DNA of 64,000 nt from Planctomycetota bacterium (GTDB taxonomy: Bacteria > Planctomycetota > UBA8108 > JACQVS01): contig JANQLS010000048.1 of NCBI GenBank assembly GCA_028280485.1, forward strand, positions 5,577 through 69,576, read 5' to 3'. Made by a program: the position numbers and the translations under genes. The notes under the pieces were generated by a model. The model did not search any database. It had not been told where the DNA came from and worked only from the letters and a program-made list of their open reading frames with translations. Below, in pieces: positions 47,730-58,195 of this stretch (positions within the stretch are counted from its first letter, which is position 1; each line of letters begins with the position of its first letter).

Positions 47730-49259
47730 ATGAAGGTAAAGTCCCATCACTTGTTTTTGATTTATATCTTCTTCTTTGGTTGCTCTGAAATAGATGATAG
47801 TAAAATTGACGAAGATGAACCTGGAGCTAAAAAATCGTTACATTCAAAATCGATACAGATCTTAGATGCTTTTGGTCGTGATATAAATAATAAATCAATA
47901 AAGCTTGTTGATTGGGAAGGGTATCTCGCTAATCCATCAATAGAGCTTACTATCAAAAATCACCATAAAAGCAAATTAAAGGTACATCTTACGACGAATA
48001 GTTCTTTTGCTTATTTTAATCTACCTTCAACAATTTCTGAGAATAGATCCTATAAATTAATTCAGTTCTTAAGCAGTGATGAATTTAAAAAATTTAAAAT
48101 TGGCCTATACCCTGATTCAAACTCTATTAACGAAAAATTAAAGCTAACTATTAAGATTGAATCAAAAGATAAAGCGATTTCCTTTTTTTCAATCCCAATA
48201 GAAATTTATGATCAGGATAAAGGGGAAGAGAAATACAACTTTGAGATACGTGCTGATTATTCAATGGATAGTCGGAATTTTTTAGATGAACCCATTAAGA
48301 GGAATGCCATACAAAAAGCCTTAAATTCATGGGCCTATTTTATTGATGGATCAGAATTTCAAATTACCTCAAAGGAGCAGGAAAAAACTTGGGTATGGAT
48401 AGATAAAAACTTCCTCAAGGGGCGCGTCATTCCTAATGTTCAGGAGTTTAGCGGATTCCTTCTGTATGTTTATGGATACTATAATTCTGAAATTCGGGCT
48501 GCAGGAGAGTCCACAGAATATTCAGGATTCCAAAGAAATAGTAATAATGAAATGTTGAAGTTAAGGAAATCTGGAAGTGTTTCTTTTGATATTCGAGGCA
48601 ATTGGGATAAATCAGGTTGGTATTATTTGTTGGATGAAGAGGATTGGTGGAAAATTGAGAATTTTTCAGGAGAACAAAAAGATTTATTTTCAGTAGCACT
48701 TCATGAAGTTGGTCATGCGATTGGTTTTAATAAGAGTTATCCAGAGTTTAAAAAAATGCTTCAACAAGGATTTGTAATCTCTCCACAAATTCAAAGTTAT
48801 TTCAAAGGTGCCATTGAAATTGACCAAAAAACAGAACACTTTTCTGATCAAATTGACCCAGAAAGTGGTAACGGTTTATTTGGTAACCACTTTGGTGGAG
48901 AAATGCCAAGAAAGAGATGGTTAATTACGAAATCAGATCTCTTAATACTACAGGCGGTGGGATATAAGCTGAAAGAATTTGATTATCTGAAAAAGTTTAA
49001 AGTCGAGTATCCTTCAAAAATAGAAATTGTGAGGTCTCAGGAAATTCGATTCACCCCTAAAATAGCAGGCGGGATACCTGGGTACTTGTTTGAGATTTCA
49101 AAAGGTGTATTACCAGATGGCATTAGAATCAACTCTTTTACTGGAGTCATTTTTGGTAAAACTGAGAAGCGGGGTACATTTCAAATAGAAGTAAAGGCTC
49201 AGGATCACTCCGTTAACAAGCATAGCGATTCAGTAAATATTATTATTGTCGTAAAGTGA
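47730..49259 (+). CDS. lipoprotein zinc metallopeptidase-like (HExxH) with C-terminal cadherin/Ig-like domain
   Basis: Lipobox FFFGC. VALHEVGHAIGFN zincin motif. C-terminal FTPKIAGGIPGYLFEISKGVLPDGIRINSFTGVIFGKTEKRGTFQIEVKAQD (putative Ig / dystroglycan-type domain). Confidence 0.6.
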   Translation: MKVKSHHLFLIYIFFFGCSEIDDSKIDEDEPGAKKSLHSKSIQILDAFGRDINNKSIKLVDWEGYLANPSIELTIKNHHKSKLKVHLTTNSSFAYFNLPSTISENRSYKLIQFLSSDEFKKFKIGLYPDSNSINEKLKLTIKIESKDKAISFFSIPIEIYDQDKGEEKYNFEIRADYSMDSRNFLDEPIKRNAIQKALNSWAYFIDGSEFQITSKEQEKTWVWIDKNFLKGRVIPNVQEFSGFLLYVYGYYNSEIRAAGESTEYSGFQRNSNNEMLKLRKSGSVSFDIRGNWDKSGWYYLLDEEDWWKIENFSGEQKDLFSVALHEVGHAIGFNKSYPEFKKMLQQGFVISPQIQSYFKGAIEIDQKTEHFSDQIDPESGNGLFGNHFGGEMPRKRWLITKSDLLILQAVGYKLKEFDYLKKFKVEYPSKIEIVRSQEIRFTPKIAGGIPGYLFEISKGVLPDGIRINSFTGVIFGKTEKRGTFQIEVKAQDHSVNKHSDSVNIIIVVK

Positions 49260-49421
49260 TTTTGAATTAGATCTCATTGCTTTCTGAACCTTTTCGTTCC
49301 GTCTTCTAAAGCTCGAATCTCAACTACTCCCTCCTCCCGGTTTTATATTGACCATAAAGTTGGTCCTAAATTTTATTGAAGCATGAATTCGAATGGAGTC
49401 CATATCATTCTCTTATAGACA

Positions 49422-50651
49422 TCAAAAATCCAGCTCCAAACTCTCATCTGAATCTGCATCCGGATGTTCAATTCGTTCAAGCAGAGAAGGGGTTTCCACT
49501 TCAATAGATTTCTCAAGTAGTAGTAACTTCATATTCGCGTCAAGCTTTCTCCATTTGTTCTTTTCTGGACCGGTCATTTCGCAGAAAGCCGTCCAAAGCT
49601 TATGGTTTTCTTCTGTGGGATTTTCTAGGACAAAGGCTCCCATCGAAGCAGAGAGATGGGCCATTTCCTCAGTAAAGAACTCATTATTGTCAAGAAAAGT
49701 TGAATTGAAGGCTTGGATTTCGTTCCAGGAATACACGTTTTTAAACTGTGAATTTGAGAGATACGATTCCTTTAAATTTAAATTTTTAAAATCACTGTTA
49801 AGAAAATTAACGGTGCTTATTTTAGTGAGATTAAGTTTCGCGTTTGAAAAATCAGATCCGGATAAATCGGTACCTGAAATAAAGGAATTGTTGATTTGGG
49901 CATCTTTAAATGTCGTATTCATGCCCTGCGAGGAACTGATTGAAACGTTGTTGAGGGTTGCCCCTTCGAAATTGGACCAATGAAAAGTGGTATTGCTGAG
50001 AGATAAAACACTTATATTGGCTTTGGTGAAGTTGACGTCGAATAGAATGCTATCTTTAAAATTTAAACTCGAGAAATTCGATTCGCTGAAGTCAGCTTTG
50101 TTTAAAGTTGCGGCTTCAAAATCTGCATTTACTACGATCGCTCCAATGAATTTTGAATTTTTGAGATTTGCTGATTTAAATTGAGCTTTTTTTGTATTCG
50201 AATAGGAGAGATCTGCGTTTTCGAGATTAGCGCCATTGAATTTAGTTTCTATCAGTTTACATTTAACTAACTTACTGTGACTGAGATTGGCATCTTTAAA
50301 ATAGGCAAATTGAAGATTTGCTCCACTGAAATCGGTATGTTCTAAAGTTGCTCCCTCAAATAAAGAATTATTGAGTTTAGAGTATCCAAATGATGAATGG
50401 CTAAGATCGACTCCTTCAAAATTTACATTTTGTAGGTCTAAGTTACTGAGGTCGACATGTTTTAGTTTGATCTTTATATTCGGGTTTTTATTTCTCCATT
50501 CGTTCCATAGGGAGACCCCGCTTTTTAATCTACGGACATTTTGATATTCAACCCACCAGTCTTTAAAATCAGGCCAAAGTGAAACAAGACAAAAAATGGT
50601 CGCCATTCCTGCTAGTGAGAGTGCTATATTTATAGATTTAGACTTTTTCAT
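49422..50651 (-). CDS. membrane-anchored pentapeptide-repeat protein
   Basis: N-terminal TM plus VSLWNEWRNKNPNIKIKL, then >40 A(D/N)LxxA-type pentapeptide units and an acidic C-terminal tail. Confidence 0.75.
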   Translation of the reverse strand: MKKSKSINIALSLAGMATIFCLVSLWPDFKDWWVEYQNVRRLKSGVSLWNEWRNKNPNIKIKLKHVDLSNLDLQNVNFEGVDLSHSSFGYSKLNNSLFEGATLEHTDFSGANLQFAYFKDANLSHSKLVKCKLIETKFNGANLENADLSYSNTKKAQFKSANLKNSKFIGAIVVNADFEAATLNKADFSESNFSSLNFKDSILFDVNFTKANISVLSLSNTTFHWSNFEGATLNNVSISSSQGMNTTFKDAQINNSFISGTDLSGSDFSNAKLNLTKISTVNFLNSDFKNLNLKESYLSNSQFKNVYSWNEIQAFNSTFLDNNEFFTEEMAHLSASMGAFVLENPTEENHKLWTAFCEMTGPEKNKWRKLDANMKLLLLEKSIEVETPSLLERIEHPDADSDESLELDF

Positions 50652-51184
50652 TAGAACTAAAAGGGCTCTTAATTTACGCGGCGAACAGTATAAGGGATTT
50701 AAATGGGCTTAAAGATGGCTTGATCTTGATCTGATAAGAGTAACACTCATTATTGTAAGGGAATTTATTGAACCTGATATATGTTTTAAAGATCCTTCCT
50801 AAAATAAATTGCTACATTAATCTTCAATTCAAATGAGCTCTTTAATTATTTAGCCTCAATCTTCCGTTTCAGTTTTATCCGATTAGATAATCAGCGTAGT
50901 TCAGTGGATTCTTTTCCAGCTGCTGAAACTCTTTTTATAGATTTAGGAATGTAGCTTTCATTTGATTCAATAAAATATGTAGTGAACTCAACGGAAGTAG
51001 TAGAGATAAAAAAAGTGATTCTCGTGATCTGACCACTTGAGGAAGTTATTATAGTTTAAATGAATTCTAAGGAGGTGAAGTTGAGAAGTTTCCCTCCTCT
51101 TTTAGAATCGATTAGCATCAGGTCAAAAGTTTGTGATATGAATCAAGTAAATGGATACATGAAATATATGCAGGTGAGAGACAA

Positions 51185-52291
51185 TTGATTTTCAATAAAC
51201 AGAGATTCGTTCTTATAATTTTAATCTTTCTACTTCTAACGATGATCTTCTTTGTTTTGAAGCCGACCTTAGATAACTATCTTTTTAATTTAACTGTTGA
51301 GGGGAAATTAAAGGAAGGGCCCAGGGTTTGGAATGAATGGAGGGAAAAGAACAATTTCGAAAATTTGCACCTTAATAATCTGAATCTTGTTGGCTTAAAT
51401 TTACCGTGGAACGAATCGGCTTCGTACAATTTAAAAAATTTAAGCTTTTACAATTCCAGCTTCAATAAATGTAATTTTGAGACAATTAGGTTTAATGGAA
51501 GTACCTTTGAGTCTTGTCGATTTGAGGATTGCGTTTTTAGCAGTGTTAGTTTTAAAGCTTGTAACTTTATTTATTCTGAATTTTTTACATGCGAATTTTC
51601 AGGGAAATTTGAAGATTGTGAATTTAACCAATGTTTATTTCATTCCACAAAATTTGAACGTAAATATTTTATTGGTAGTAAATTTGTTGGAGGGGGATTA
51701 AAAAACTCAAGTCTCTATAACTCTAGAATTAGTGGGAGCTCATTTCTGGCTACTGATTTTAAAGAAGTCGATGTCGACTTTGTTAACTTTGATATTGCTA
51801 AATTTTTTGGAGTAGATTTAACTTCCTTAAAAATTCATCAATCAAAGATTGAAGGAATGTTTTTAGACCGTGACAGTCAATTGCCCGAAAAATGGATTCG
51901 TTTACATCGGCTACTGAATAGTCTGCAAGAAAAAGAAATATCGGATAACGATTTGTTTAACGGGCAAGATTTAGATTTGGCTGGGATTGATTTTTCTCAT
52001 GCTTGGTTGCATGGATATGATTTTTCAAAATCTAATCTTGAAGGATGTGATTTTTCTAATGCATATTTGTGGGAGGTTAACTTGAATCAAACAGAGGTAT
52101 TAGGTTGTGATTTTAGTAATGCGATTTTTAGAGATGTAAATTTTAGGGATACGAAAGGTTGGCAGTCCGCTAAGTATCATAAAATGACTTTTGTGAATTA
52201 TGACGAAGATGAGGTGCCTGTCGAAGTGTTGAATGAGGCTAAAAAGCAAGGCGCGATGATTGTAGAGCGATCTTCAGATGAGGAGCGTTAA
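51185..52291 (+). CDS. membrane-anchored pentapeptide-repeat protein (paralog, divergent orientation)
   Basis: N-terminal TM plus PRVWNEWREKNNFENLHL, then pentapeptide units (CNFETIRFNGSTFESCRFEDCVFSSVSFKACNF...). Confidence 0.7.
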   Translation: MIFNKQRFVLIILIFLLLTMIFFVLKPTLDNYLFNLTVEGKLKEGPRVWNEWREKNNFENLHLNNLNLVGLNLPWNESASYNLKNLSFYNSSFNKCNFETIRFNGSTFESCRFEDCVFSSVSFKACNFIYSEFFTCEFSGKFEDCEFNQCLFHSTKFERKYFIGSKFVGGGLKNSSLYNSRISGSSFLATDFKEVDVDFVNFDIAKFFGVDLTSLKIHQSKIEGMFLDRDSQLPEKWIRLHRLLNSLQEKEISDNDLFNGQDLDLAGIDFSHAWLHGYDFSKSNLEGCDFSNAYLWEVNLNQTEVLGCDFSNAIFRDVNFRDTKGWQSAKYHKMTFVNYDEDEVPVEVLNEAKKQGAMIVERSSDEER

Positions 52292-52346
52292 AAATTTTCC
52301 GTATCGGCAATGGCTCCAAAAATTATAGATTGTTGTATGTTGCATT

Positions 52347-52838
52347 TTGGTAGATATGAATAAAGACTTAAGTTTAATACGAATAGCCGTCAGTAATAAA
52401 TTACTCTCGATAGGAGAAATTCTTAGATGGTCTGAGCATCTAATGCTTAGCGAAGATGACCCACCTGATGTTGTCTTTGATATTGGGCTTGAATCAACGG
52501 AGGAGGGTATCAGAGAGCTTATTCTTACCAAGATCGAGTCCGTGGAATTTAACAAAATCCTCTGCTTAGATTTGGCCTATTCTAAGTATATGTGTCAGCA
52601 TTTAAGTACATTTCAAGATCTTGTGGAAGAAATTTTTGACTGTGTTTGGACTCGAGAAAATCTAGGTGAGCAACCTGAATACCTCAATGATTTATCACGG
52701 TTTTTAGCCGAGTGGGATCAGACATTAGAGCTAACGAAAGATTTAAGCGAAAGAATATTTACAAGTTTAAAAAATTTAGAAGCTAATTTCGATCTGTATC
52801 GGTTAGTAAAGAAGATGAAATTGAAGTATTGTGGATAG
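52347..52838 (+). CDS. hypothetical protein (163 aa)
   Basis: ORF downstream of the pentapeptide gene. Confidence 0.35.
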   Translation: MVDMNKDLSLIRIAVSNKLLSIGEILRWSEHLMLSEDDPPDVVFDIGLESTEEGIRELILTKIESVEFNKILCLDLAYSKYMCQHLSTFQDLVEEIFDCVWTRENLGEQPEYLNDLSRFLAEWDQTLELTKDLSERIFTSLKNLEANFDLYRLVKKMKLKYCG

Positions 52839-53013
52839 TTGAAAATCTTGCTGATTTTCTTTATCTCACTTGCTGCCCAACCGGGATTGGTGATAGAGAT
52901 CTTAATAATTTAACGTTCTTTGATTTATCAAACAAGGTGCCGCCAGCCCCTTACCAGTTACAACTTTTTTAATAAATCTTACCCCCTGAGCATCAACCGT
53001 TTACGATGGGGCT

Positions 53014-53646
53014 ATGAACAAACCTAAGAAACGAACCATCTGGATTCTCTCGATCGTAACCACCATGCTGTTACTGGCAGCTGTTTTAAGTTTCCAAGGC
53101 AAAATTAGAGAGCGGTACTGGATTTGGAAACTTAGAAAATGTTCTCCCTCGGATTGCGAAAAAATTTGTCAAGAGATTGTCGAACAACGGATCTATTCAT
53201 CGATTCCAGTTCTTTTTGATAAACTCAAGGAAGAAGCTAAATTGGAGGATTCCTGGGGGATTGGTCGACTCTACAGATTGAAGGTTAATCATGGAGAATT
53301 GGGCTCGGGGGTATCTACAATAATTGATGGTTTTAATGATCTCCTCGACGAAGATTTCCAGTGGTCCATTTTCTATTCTTCACCTGATGGTCCTCGAATA
53401 CCCAGAATGGGAATGTATCCTGTTGAAGATGAGCTAAATAAAACATCTGAAATATTTGAAACGATGTATTCATTGTTTAAAGAAGACCCGGAAACCCTCA
53501 AGTCTGTTGTGATTCCTTATCTAAATGATAAATCAGATTTGATTCGAGCTACGGCAGCGTGCCTAGTTTTTAACGATCTGGAAGAGATTAAGAAATACGT
53601 CCCTAATGTAACTTTGGGCCAAATACACTTTCTAAGTCGATTGTAG
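53014..53646 (+). CDS. membrane-anchored family W protein
   Basis: N-terminal TM, then IRERYWIWKLRKCSPSDCEK. Confidence 0.5.
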   Translation: MNKPKKRTIWILSIVTTMLLLAAVLSFQGKIRERYWIWKLRKCSPSDCEKICQEIVEQRIYSSIPVLFDKLKEEAKLEDSWGIGRLYRLKVNHGELGSGVSTIIDGFNDLLDEDFQWSIFYSSPDGPRIPRMGMYPVEDELNKTSEIFETMYSLFKEDPETLKSVVIPYLNDKSDLIRATAACLVFNDLEEIKKYVPNVTLGQIHFLSRL

Positions 53647-53707
53647 GGTGATTTGAATCATTAAAATTTCCATTCTCACCCTTCCGATTATGAGGTGATT
53701 TCCGATC

Positions 53708-54205
53708 ATGCCTTTAATGAAGTCAGTTTTGTTATTAATCACGCTGTCACAATGTGGCTGTATCGGTTTTTCAGTTGTTTACCCAACTACTCTTAGAAAA
53801 GAGTACGAGGATCATTCTTCTTCAAGATTTGAACCGAACTCAAGCAGGCAGTCGAGGTCAAATCGATCCATACAAGAAAGTATGGAAGACTATTATTACT
53901 TGAGAGGTCAACCCGAAATAGAGCATCTTGAAGATGGATCCATTACTTACACCTACTCACTTAAATATACTTGGCTTGGAGGTTTCGTTGCCTGTATTTT
54001 ACCCGTTCCCTTGCTCATCCCAATTGGGCGTGACTATTTTAAGTTCACCGTAAAAGATGGTTATTTGCTGAGTAAGGAGTATCGTTATACAAAAGATATA
54101 TTTTTGGGAATAAGACCCCAATTTGGTATTCATGGAGTCGGTTGGGTCTTAGGAGTGTCGAGTAATTTCAGGCGTAAATATAAATTTGATGGTCAGTATC
54201 ATTAG
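53708..54205 (+). CDS. lipoprotein, hypothetical
   Basis: Lipobox LSQCGC, 165 aa. Confidence 0.4.
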   Translation: MPLMKSVLLLITLSQCGCIGFSVVYPTTLRKEYEDHSSSRFEPNSSRQSRSNRSIQESMEDYYYLRGQPEIEHLEDGSITYTYSLKYTWLGGFVACILPVPLLIPIGRDYFKFTVKDGYLLSKEYRYTKDIFLGIRPQFGIHGVGWVLGVSSNFRRKYKFDGQYH

Positions 54206-54325
54206 TTAAGAGGCCAATTAATAAAGGTGATTAATATGAAATTTGTTTTACTGTTTTTTTACTTAGCTCGCTTAGCATGATTTTGACTTAAAAAACCTGG
54301 CAGTTGCCTTCCTCTACGCAGTACC

Positions 54326-54784
54326 TCATTGAGATTCAGAGGAATCCCATTGAGCAATCTTAGATTGCTTGAAAAGCAATCCCCAAATTCCAACGACCAA
54401 TAATGTTCCCTTGTACAATATTCCTGTGAGCAGGCCTTCGGGAGCATAGATTGCTTCGATGGCCAGTATTAGGCATAAAACAATCAAAGGGATTGAAGCC
54501 GCTGCTTTTAAAGAATGACGGGAGTAAAAAAAAGAGGTTAAAAATCCAATTGCTATCGCTCCTTCAAGAAGAGCAGGGAGAAGTACTGATTCTGGATTTT
54601 CAAAGGAACGGAACATTCTAAAGCTATGAAGGAGGCAAGCAAACATCATGATGAATCGAAAGGGATAAATCTGACTGTGAAGTTCATTCTTTGGAGTGGA
54701 ATCTTGATGGCTTTTATTTTGCATTTCAATAACCTCTAACTTATAAGGCAAAGACACATACTTTGCTTTCCTCTCACCATACAT
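54326..54784 (-). CDS. integral membrane protein, hypothetical
   Basis: 152 aa, 4 TM. Confidence 0.4.
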   Translation of the reverse strand: MYGERKAKYVSLPYKLEVIEMQNKSHQDSTPKNELHSQIYPFRFIMMFACLLHSFRMFRSFENPESVLLPALLEGAIAIGFLTSFFYSRHSLKAAASIPLIVLCLILAIEAIYAPEGLLTGILYKGTLLVVGIWGLLFKQSKIAQWDSSESQ

Positions 54785-54911
54785 GATAGGTGATTACAGT
54801 TTCTCTTGAATCTTATCTGGTAAGGAATTTCAATTGGGATAGGTTGAATTTGTTTGAGGCGAAATTTGGGATGGTTCAGGATTTCCAAGATCGAACTTGT
54901 TCTGCATAATT

Positions 54912-55424
54912 TCAATTATTTTCACTCGTTGCTCTTTTCAAAATTAATTGTTGGGGAGCTTGTGATGCGTTGGTTAGGGTTAGTGTTTCGTTTTTTATAT
55001 TTGCGTGGTAGCCAAATCCATCGGCTTCTTTAAAAAGGATTAAAAATTTGTCTAAGCTTTTTCCTTCAACCCAGTAAGAATATTTCATGGGTTTAGAGAT
55101 TGTTGTTTTAGGGTACGCATTGGAATTCCAAAGGGTTCTTACGAATGGTCTTTGAAATATTATTTTCTTTTTATTATCGATGACAATTTCATAATTGAAG
55201 ACAATTGTTTTACCATCTAATTGGTATTTTTGATTCGCTACCCATCGTCCGACAAGTTTATCGATAATATCTTTTTGGGTTTTATTTACATTTTCATATG
55301 TAACTAAAAAGTAGATGCCGGATGTTAAAAACGATATAAGGACAAAGGCATAAACTGTCATTATTTTGATTGAGGATTTCATTGGATTCATAATACCCCT
55401 GGCTGGCAAGGCGATGTGTTGCAA
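54912..55424 (-). CDS. membrane-anchored hypothetical protein
   Basis: N-terminal TM (VYAFVLISFLTSGIYFLV), 170 aa. Confidence 0.4.
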   Translation of the reverse strand: MQHIALPARGIMNPMKSSIKIMTVYAFVLISFLTSGIYFLVTYENVNKTQKDIIDKLVGRWVANQKYQLDGKTIVFNYEIVIDNKKKIIFQRPFVRTLWNSNAYPKTTISKPMKYSYWVEGKSLDKFLILFKEADGFGYHANIKNETLTLTNASQAPQQLILKRATSENN

Positions 55425-55597
55425 AATACATATTTTGTTTCCCTATTACATTACTTTTTAAGGATTCTTCTGTGGAGAATTAATAATGAATGCAGTCAAA
55501 GGAGCCATCGGCTTCGTGCTCTGATGGTAAAGGTTGGGTCGTTTTAGGGGAATAAAGAGTTCTTTTTACATGGGCAATTACCATTTAGGCTAGGATT

Positions 55598-56122
55598 ATG
55601 AATAAACGTAAGAAGCAGACAATTTGGGTGATCTCGATCCTAATCATCCTGCTGTTAGTGGGAGTTGGCTTCGTGTTCCAAAGCCAGATCAGAGAGCAAT
55701 TCTGGATTTGGAAATTAAGAAGTAGTGACGATCAAGTGCAAGATGAGGCATTGTTGCAATTAGGAAAGCTTCGGTGTTTAAGAGCTGTCCCTGACATGGT
55801 CGAAGTATTATCAAGAAGGATTGAAGGGAAGCCTTTTACTCTCGCAAAGATTAATTCGATATTAACACTTATTTACTTTCAAGACCGTTCCTCAGGATCT
55901 CCTGGGCATAAAATGAATTTTAAATGCTTTAGTAGGTTTGTAGAAATGAAAGACCCGGCTTTACTAAATCAATTTACTGTTATTTTAAAAGAGACATCGG
56001 CGACCAAAAAAGCAGTTGTTTTATGTGTCTTAAATGCGACTAAAAAAGAGGTGAAGCTTCATCTTCCAGAAATCGGATTTATAGAGAATATGCATGAGAC
56101 GGATGATATTTTCTTTAGATAG
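55598..56122 (+). CDS. membrane-anchored family W protein with HEAT-like unit
   Basis: IREQFWIWKLRSSDDQVQDEALLQLGKLRCLRAVPDMVEVL. Confidence 0.45.
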   Translation: MNKRKKQTIWVISILIILLLVGVGFVFQSQIREQFWIWKLRSSDDQVQDEALLQLGKLRCLRAVPDMVEVLSRRIEGKPFTLAKINSILTLIYFQDRSSGSPGHKMNFKCFSRFVEMKDPALLNQFTVILKETSATKKAVVLCVLNATKKEVKLHLPEIGFIENMHETDDIFFR

Positions 56123-56204
56123 TAAAAGTGTCAACTTACAGCCATCCACTCCAAGGCTCAATAAACTTAGCTTGTAAGGCTGCGAGTTATCGGCAGCCTT
56201 TCTG

Positions 56205-56813
56205 TTAACCTCTCTTCCGCGTGACCATTCCGATATACCAATCCACCAGTTTTTCTGCATTAACTTTGTCGAATTTATCTCCAAAGCGGGAGAATGCGCC
56301 AGCCACGCCAGAATACGGCACATCATTTTTTATAAAAGGACCCGATAAACCCAGGATCCAGCCATCTTCGGCAGCCCAGTGGCCCTCGGGTAATTGAAAC
56401 TTAAATACATAGAAATCACCTTCTTCCGTATCTAAGTTGCGGGTAACCTTTTCAACAAGCTCAATTTTCTCCGGTGCATCCTGGTATTCATTGGGGTGCA
56501 TCATCCATAAGGCGAGGATGGATTCGGCCTGGGCTTCTGGTGTTTTATACTGCTCTGGAAAAAGGTCGAGTCGTTCAAAGTGCTTGAGGGCCTCGTAAAG
56601 GAATGGGCGCGCGTATGATATGTTTGCAACTCCCTCGATTTCCTCTTCGGTCAATTGTTGGCCTGAAGCAAGTTTTTCGCCTATTGGATCGATGATTTGA
56701 AGGATCTTTTCATCGCGTTGTCGGGCACCGCGTGCAACCGATGTATAACGCCACCATAAGAAAATAACAAACAGGGCAATGATGGAGATGACGATTCCGA
56801 TGATGTATTCCAT
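56205..56813 (-). CDS. membrane-anchored hypothetical protein
   Basis: N-terminal TM (IIGIVISIIALFVIFLWW), 202 aa. Confidence 0.45.
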   Translation of the reverse strand: MEYIIGIVISIIALFVIFLWWRYTSVARGARQRDEKILQIIDPIGEKLASGQQLTEEEIEGVANISYARPFLYEALKHFERLDLFPEQYKTPEAQAESILALWMMHPNEYQDAPEKIELVEKVTRNLDTEEGDFYVFKFQLPEGHWAAEDGWILGLSGPFIKNDVPYSGVAGAFSRFGDKFDKVNAEKLVDWYIGMVTRKRG

Positions 56814-56981
56814 GGTCGTGCCTCAGGTATTGGACGCTGATTGTACTTTAGCTATAAAGAAAGACTCTAAATTCTAAACCAGTATTCTCCATGATAAAAT
56901 CTACCTCGTAAGGAAATATTGAGAGTTCGTGTGGCAATGAGTAAATATCACTGAGTTACTAAAATCACAAGTTAGGGAATA

Positions 56982-57764
56982 ATGGGTAAAAAGTACGTAC
57001 TTATCAGTGGCCTTCTCTGTGGAGCCTTGATTTTGTTCAGTGCTCCCAAGCTGGTTGATCATTTAAGAATTGAAGGGTATGTAAAAGATCTTCATTCATT
57101 TGATAAATCAGTCCGGGAAAAAGCCATTCAAGAGTTAGCCGCTTATGGTACTGAAGTTATTCCGAGATTGTTGGCCGAGCTAGAAACATGTCCCTCTGTT
57201 AATGACGAAGAGTGTAAAAAGTTCAATAGAAATCCTGAAAATGGAAAGACGAGAGCTTACGAGATGGGATTCATCCGAACTTTGGTTCTCATCGGTGAAG
57301 AGAGCATTCCCTATCTATTCGAACGGTTAACAGTGAATGACAAAAACCTAGAAAGTGTTGCTTATTGCTCAGTTATGTGGATATACGCCGAAGTTGCCAA
57401 ATTTGAAACTTATGAATACTTCAAAAATGGAGGTGGATTTATTTTTGAATTGACGAACGCAGCTTATCGTGAAGATTCTAACCGTCAGATAATTTTTTAT
57501 ATTAGGTCAGCTGGTTGGGATATCGTTCAAACTACGTATACCTTCGATGAAGGTGAACTTGGTATTAAAGAGGTGAACCTCGATATTAAATATTTGCTAT
57601 CAAGCATCACAAAGTTTAACTCTTTTTTAACTCCACCGGGCTTTATGTCGGATGCACTTAATAGTGAACACCAAAAAATTGAAGTTAAGTCGGGCTTAGT
57701 CATCGAATCGGCTAAAACGGCATTAATGCGATTGGAGGAAGCAGAGGGTGTTGTTGATAAATAA
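56982..57764 (+). CDS. membrane-anchored HEAT-like repeat protein (family H, copy 3)
   Basis: LRIEGYVKDLHSFDKSVREKAIQELAAYGTEVIPRLLAELE. It overlaps the downstream YceK-like gene by 17 nt. Confidence 0.5.
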   Translation: MGKKYVLISGLLCGALILFSAPKLVDHLRIEGYVKDLHSFDKSVREKAIQELAAYGTEVIPRLLAELETCPSVNDEECKKFNRNPENGKTRAYEMGFIRTLVLIGEESIPYLFERLTVNDKNLESVAYCSVMWIYAEVAKFETYEYFKNGGGFIFELTNAAYREDSNRQIIFYIRSAGWDIVQTTYTFDEGELGIKEVNLDIKYLLSSITKFNSFLTPPGFMSDALNSEHQKIEVKSGLVIESAKTALMRLEEAEGVVDK

Positions 57765-58176
57765 TCCTACCTGCAATCTAATACTTGACAGCGATCAATT
57801 TAAGAACTCTGATGAACTAACTCAATGTATTTCGTTAAAGCAAACGCGCCAGAGCATGAAAATCCTATTTAAGTTTTCTCTCTTCATTCTGTTGTTGTCG
57901 AGCTTTGTAAGCTGCGCAACAATACGAAGGATTAAAAATTATCCCGAATCACCTCAAATCTATGGTGGAGTTCGAGAGCACGTTGTGTATTTCCCAACGG
58001 GTCATTTGCCGATGCATAGCCCCGGAGGATCTCCAGAAGCCTTTGGTTTTGCCGTAATGTTTACTGGTTGGTGGATGCCCTTTGATTTTATTCTTTGCGC
58101 TGGTTTGGATACGGTTTTTCTGCCTTTGACGATGACTTCGTTATTTTATGAGGAAGAAGTGGAAGAGAGCTTTTGA
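57748..58176 (+). CDS. DUF1375 (YceK-like) lipoprotein
   Basis: Lipobox FVSC. IYGGVREHVVYFPTG...CAGLDTVFLPLTMTSLFYEEE. Confidence 0.55.
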   Translation: MLLINNPTCNLILDSDQFKNSDELTQCISLKQTRQSMKILFKFSLFILLLSSFVSCATIRRIKNYPESPQIYGGVREHVVYFPTGHLPMHSPGGSPEAFGFAVMFTGWWMPFDFILCAGLDTVFLPLTMTSLFYEEEVEESF

Positions 58177-58195
58177 AAATCTATGAGATGCACTT

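Noticed and set aside
49393-50184. Plus-strand ORFs 49393..49983 and 49987..50184
   Set aside because: They are antisense to the pentapeptide-repeat gene. The repetitive codon structure of pentapeptide genes commonly keeps the opposite strand open.
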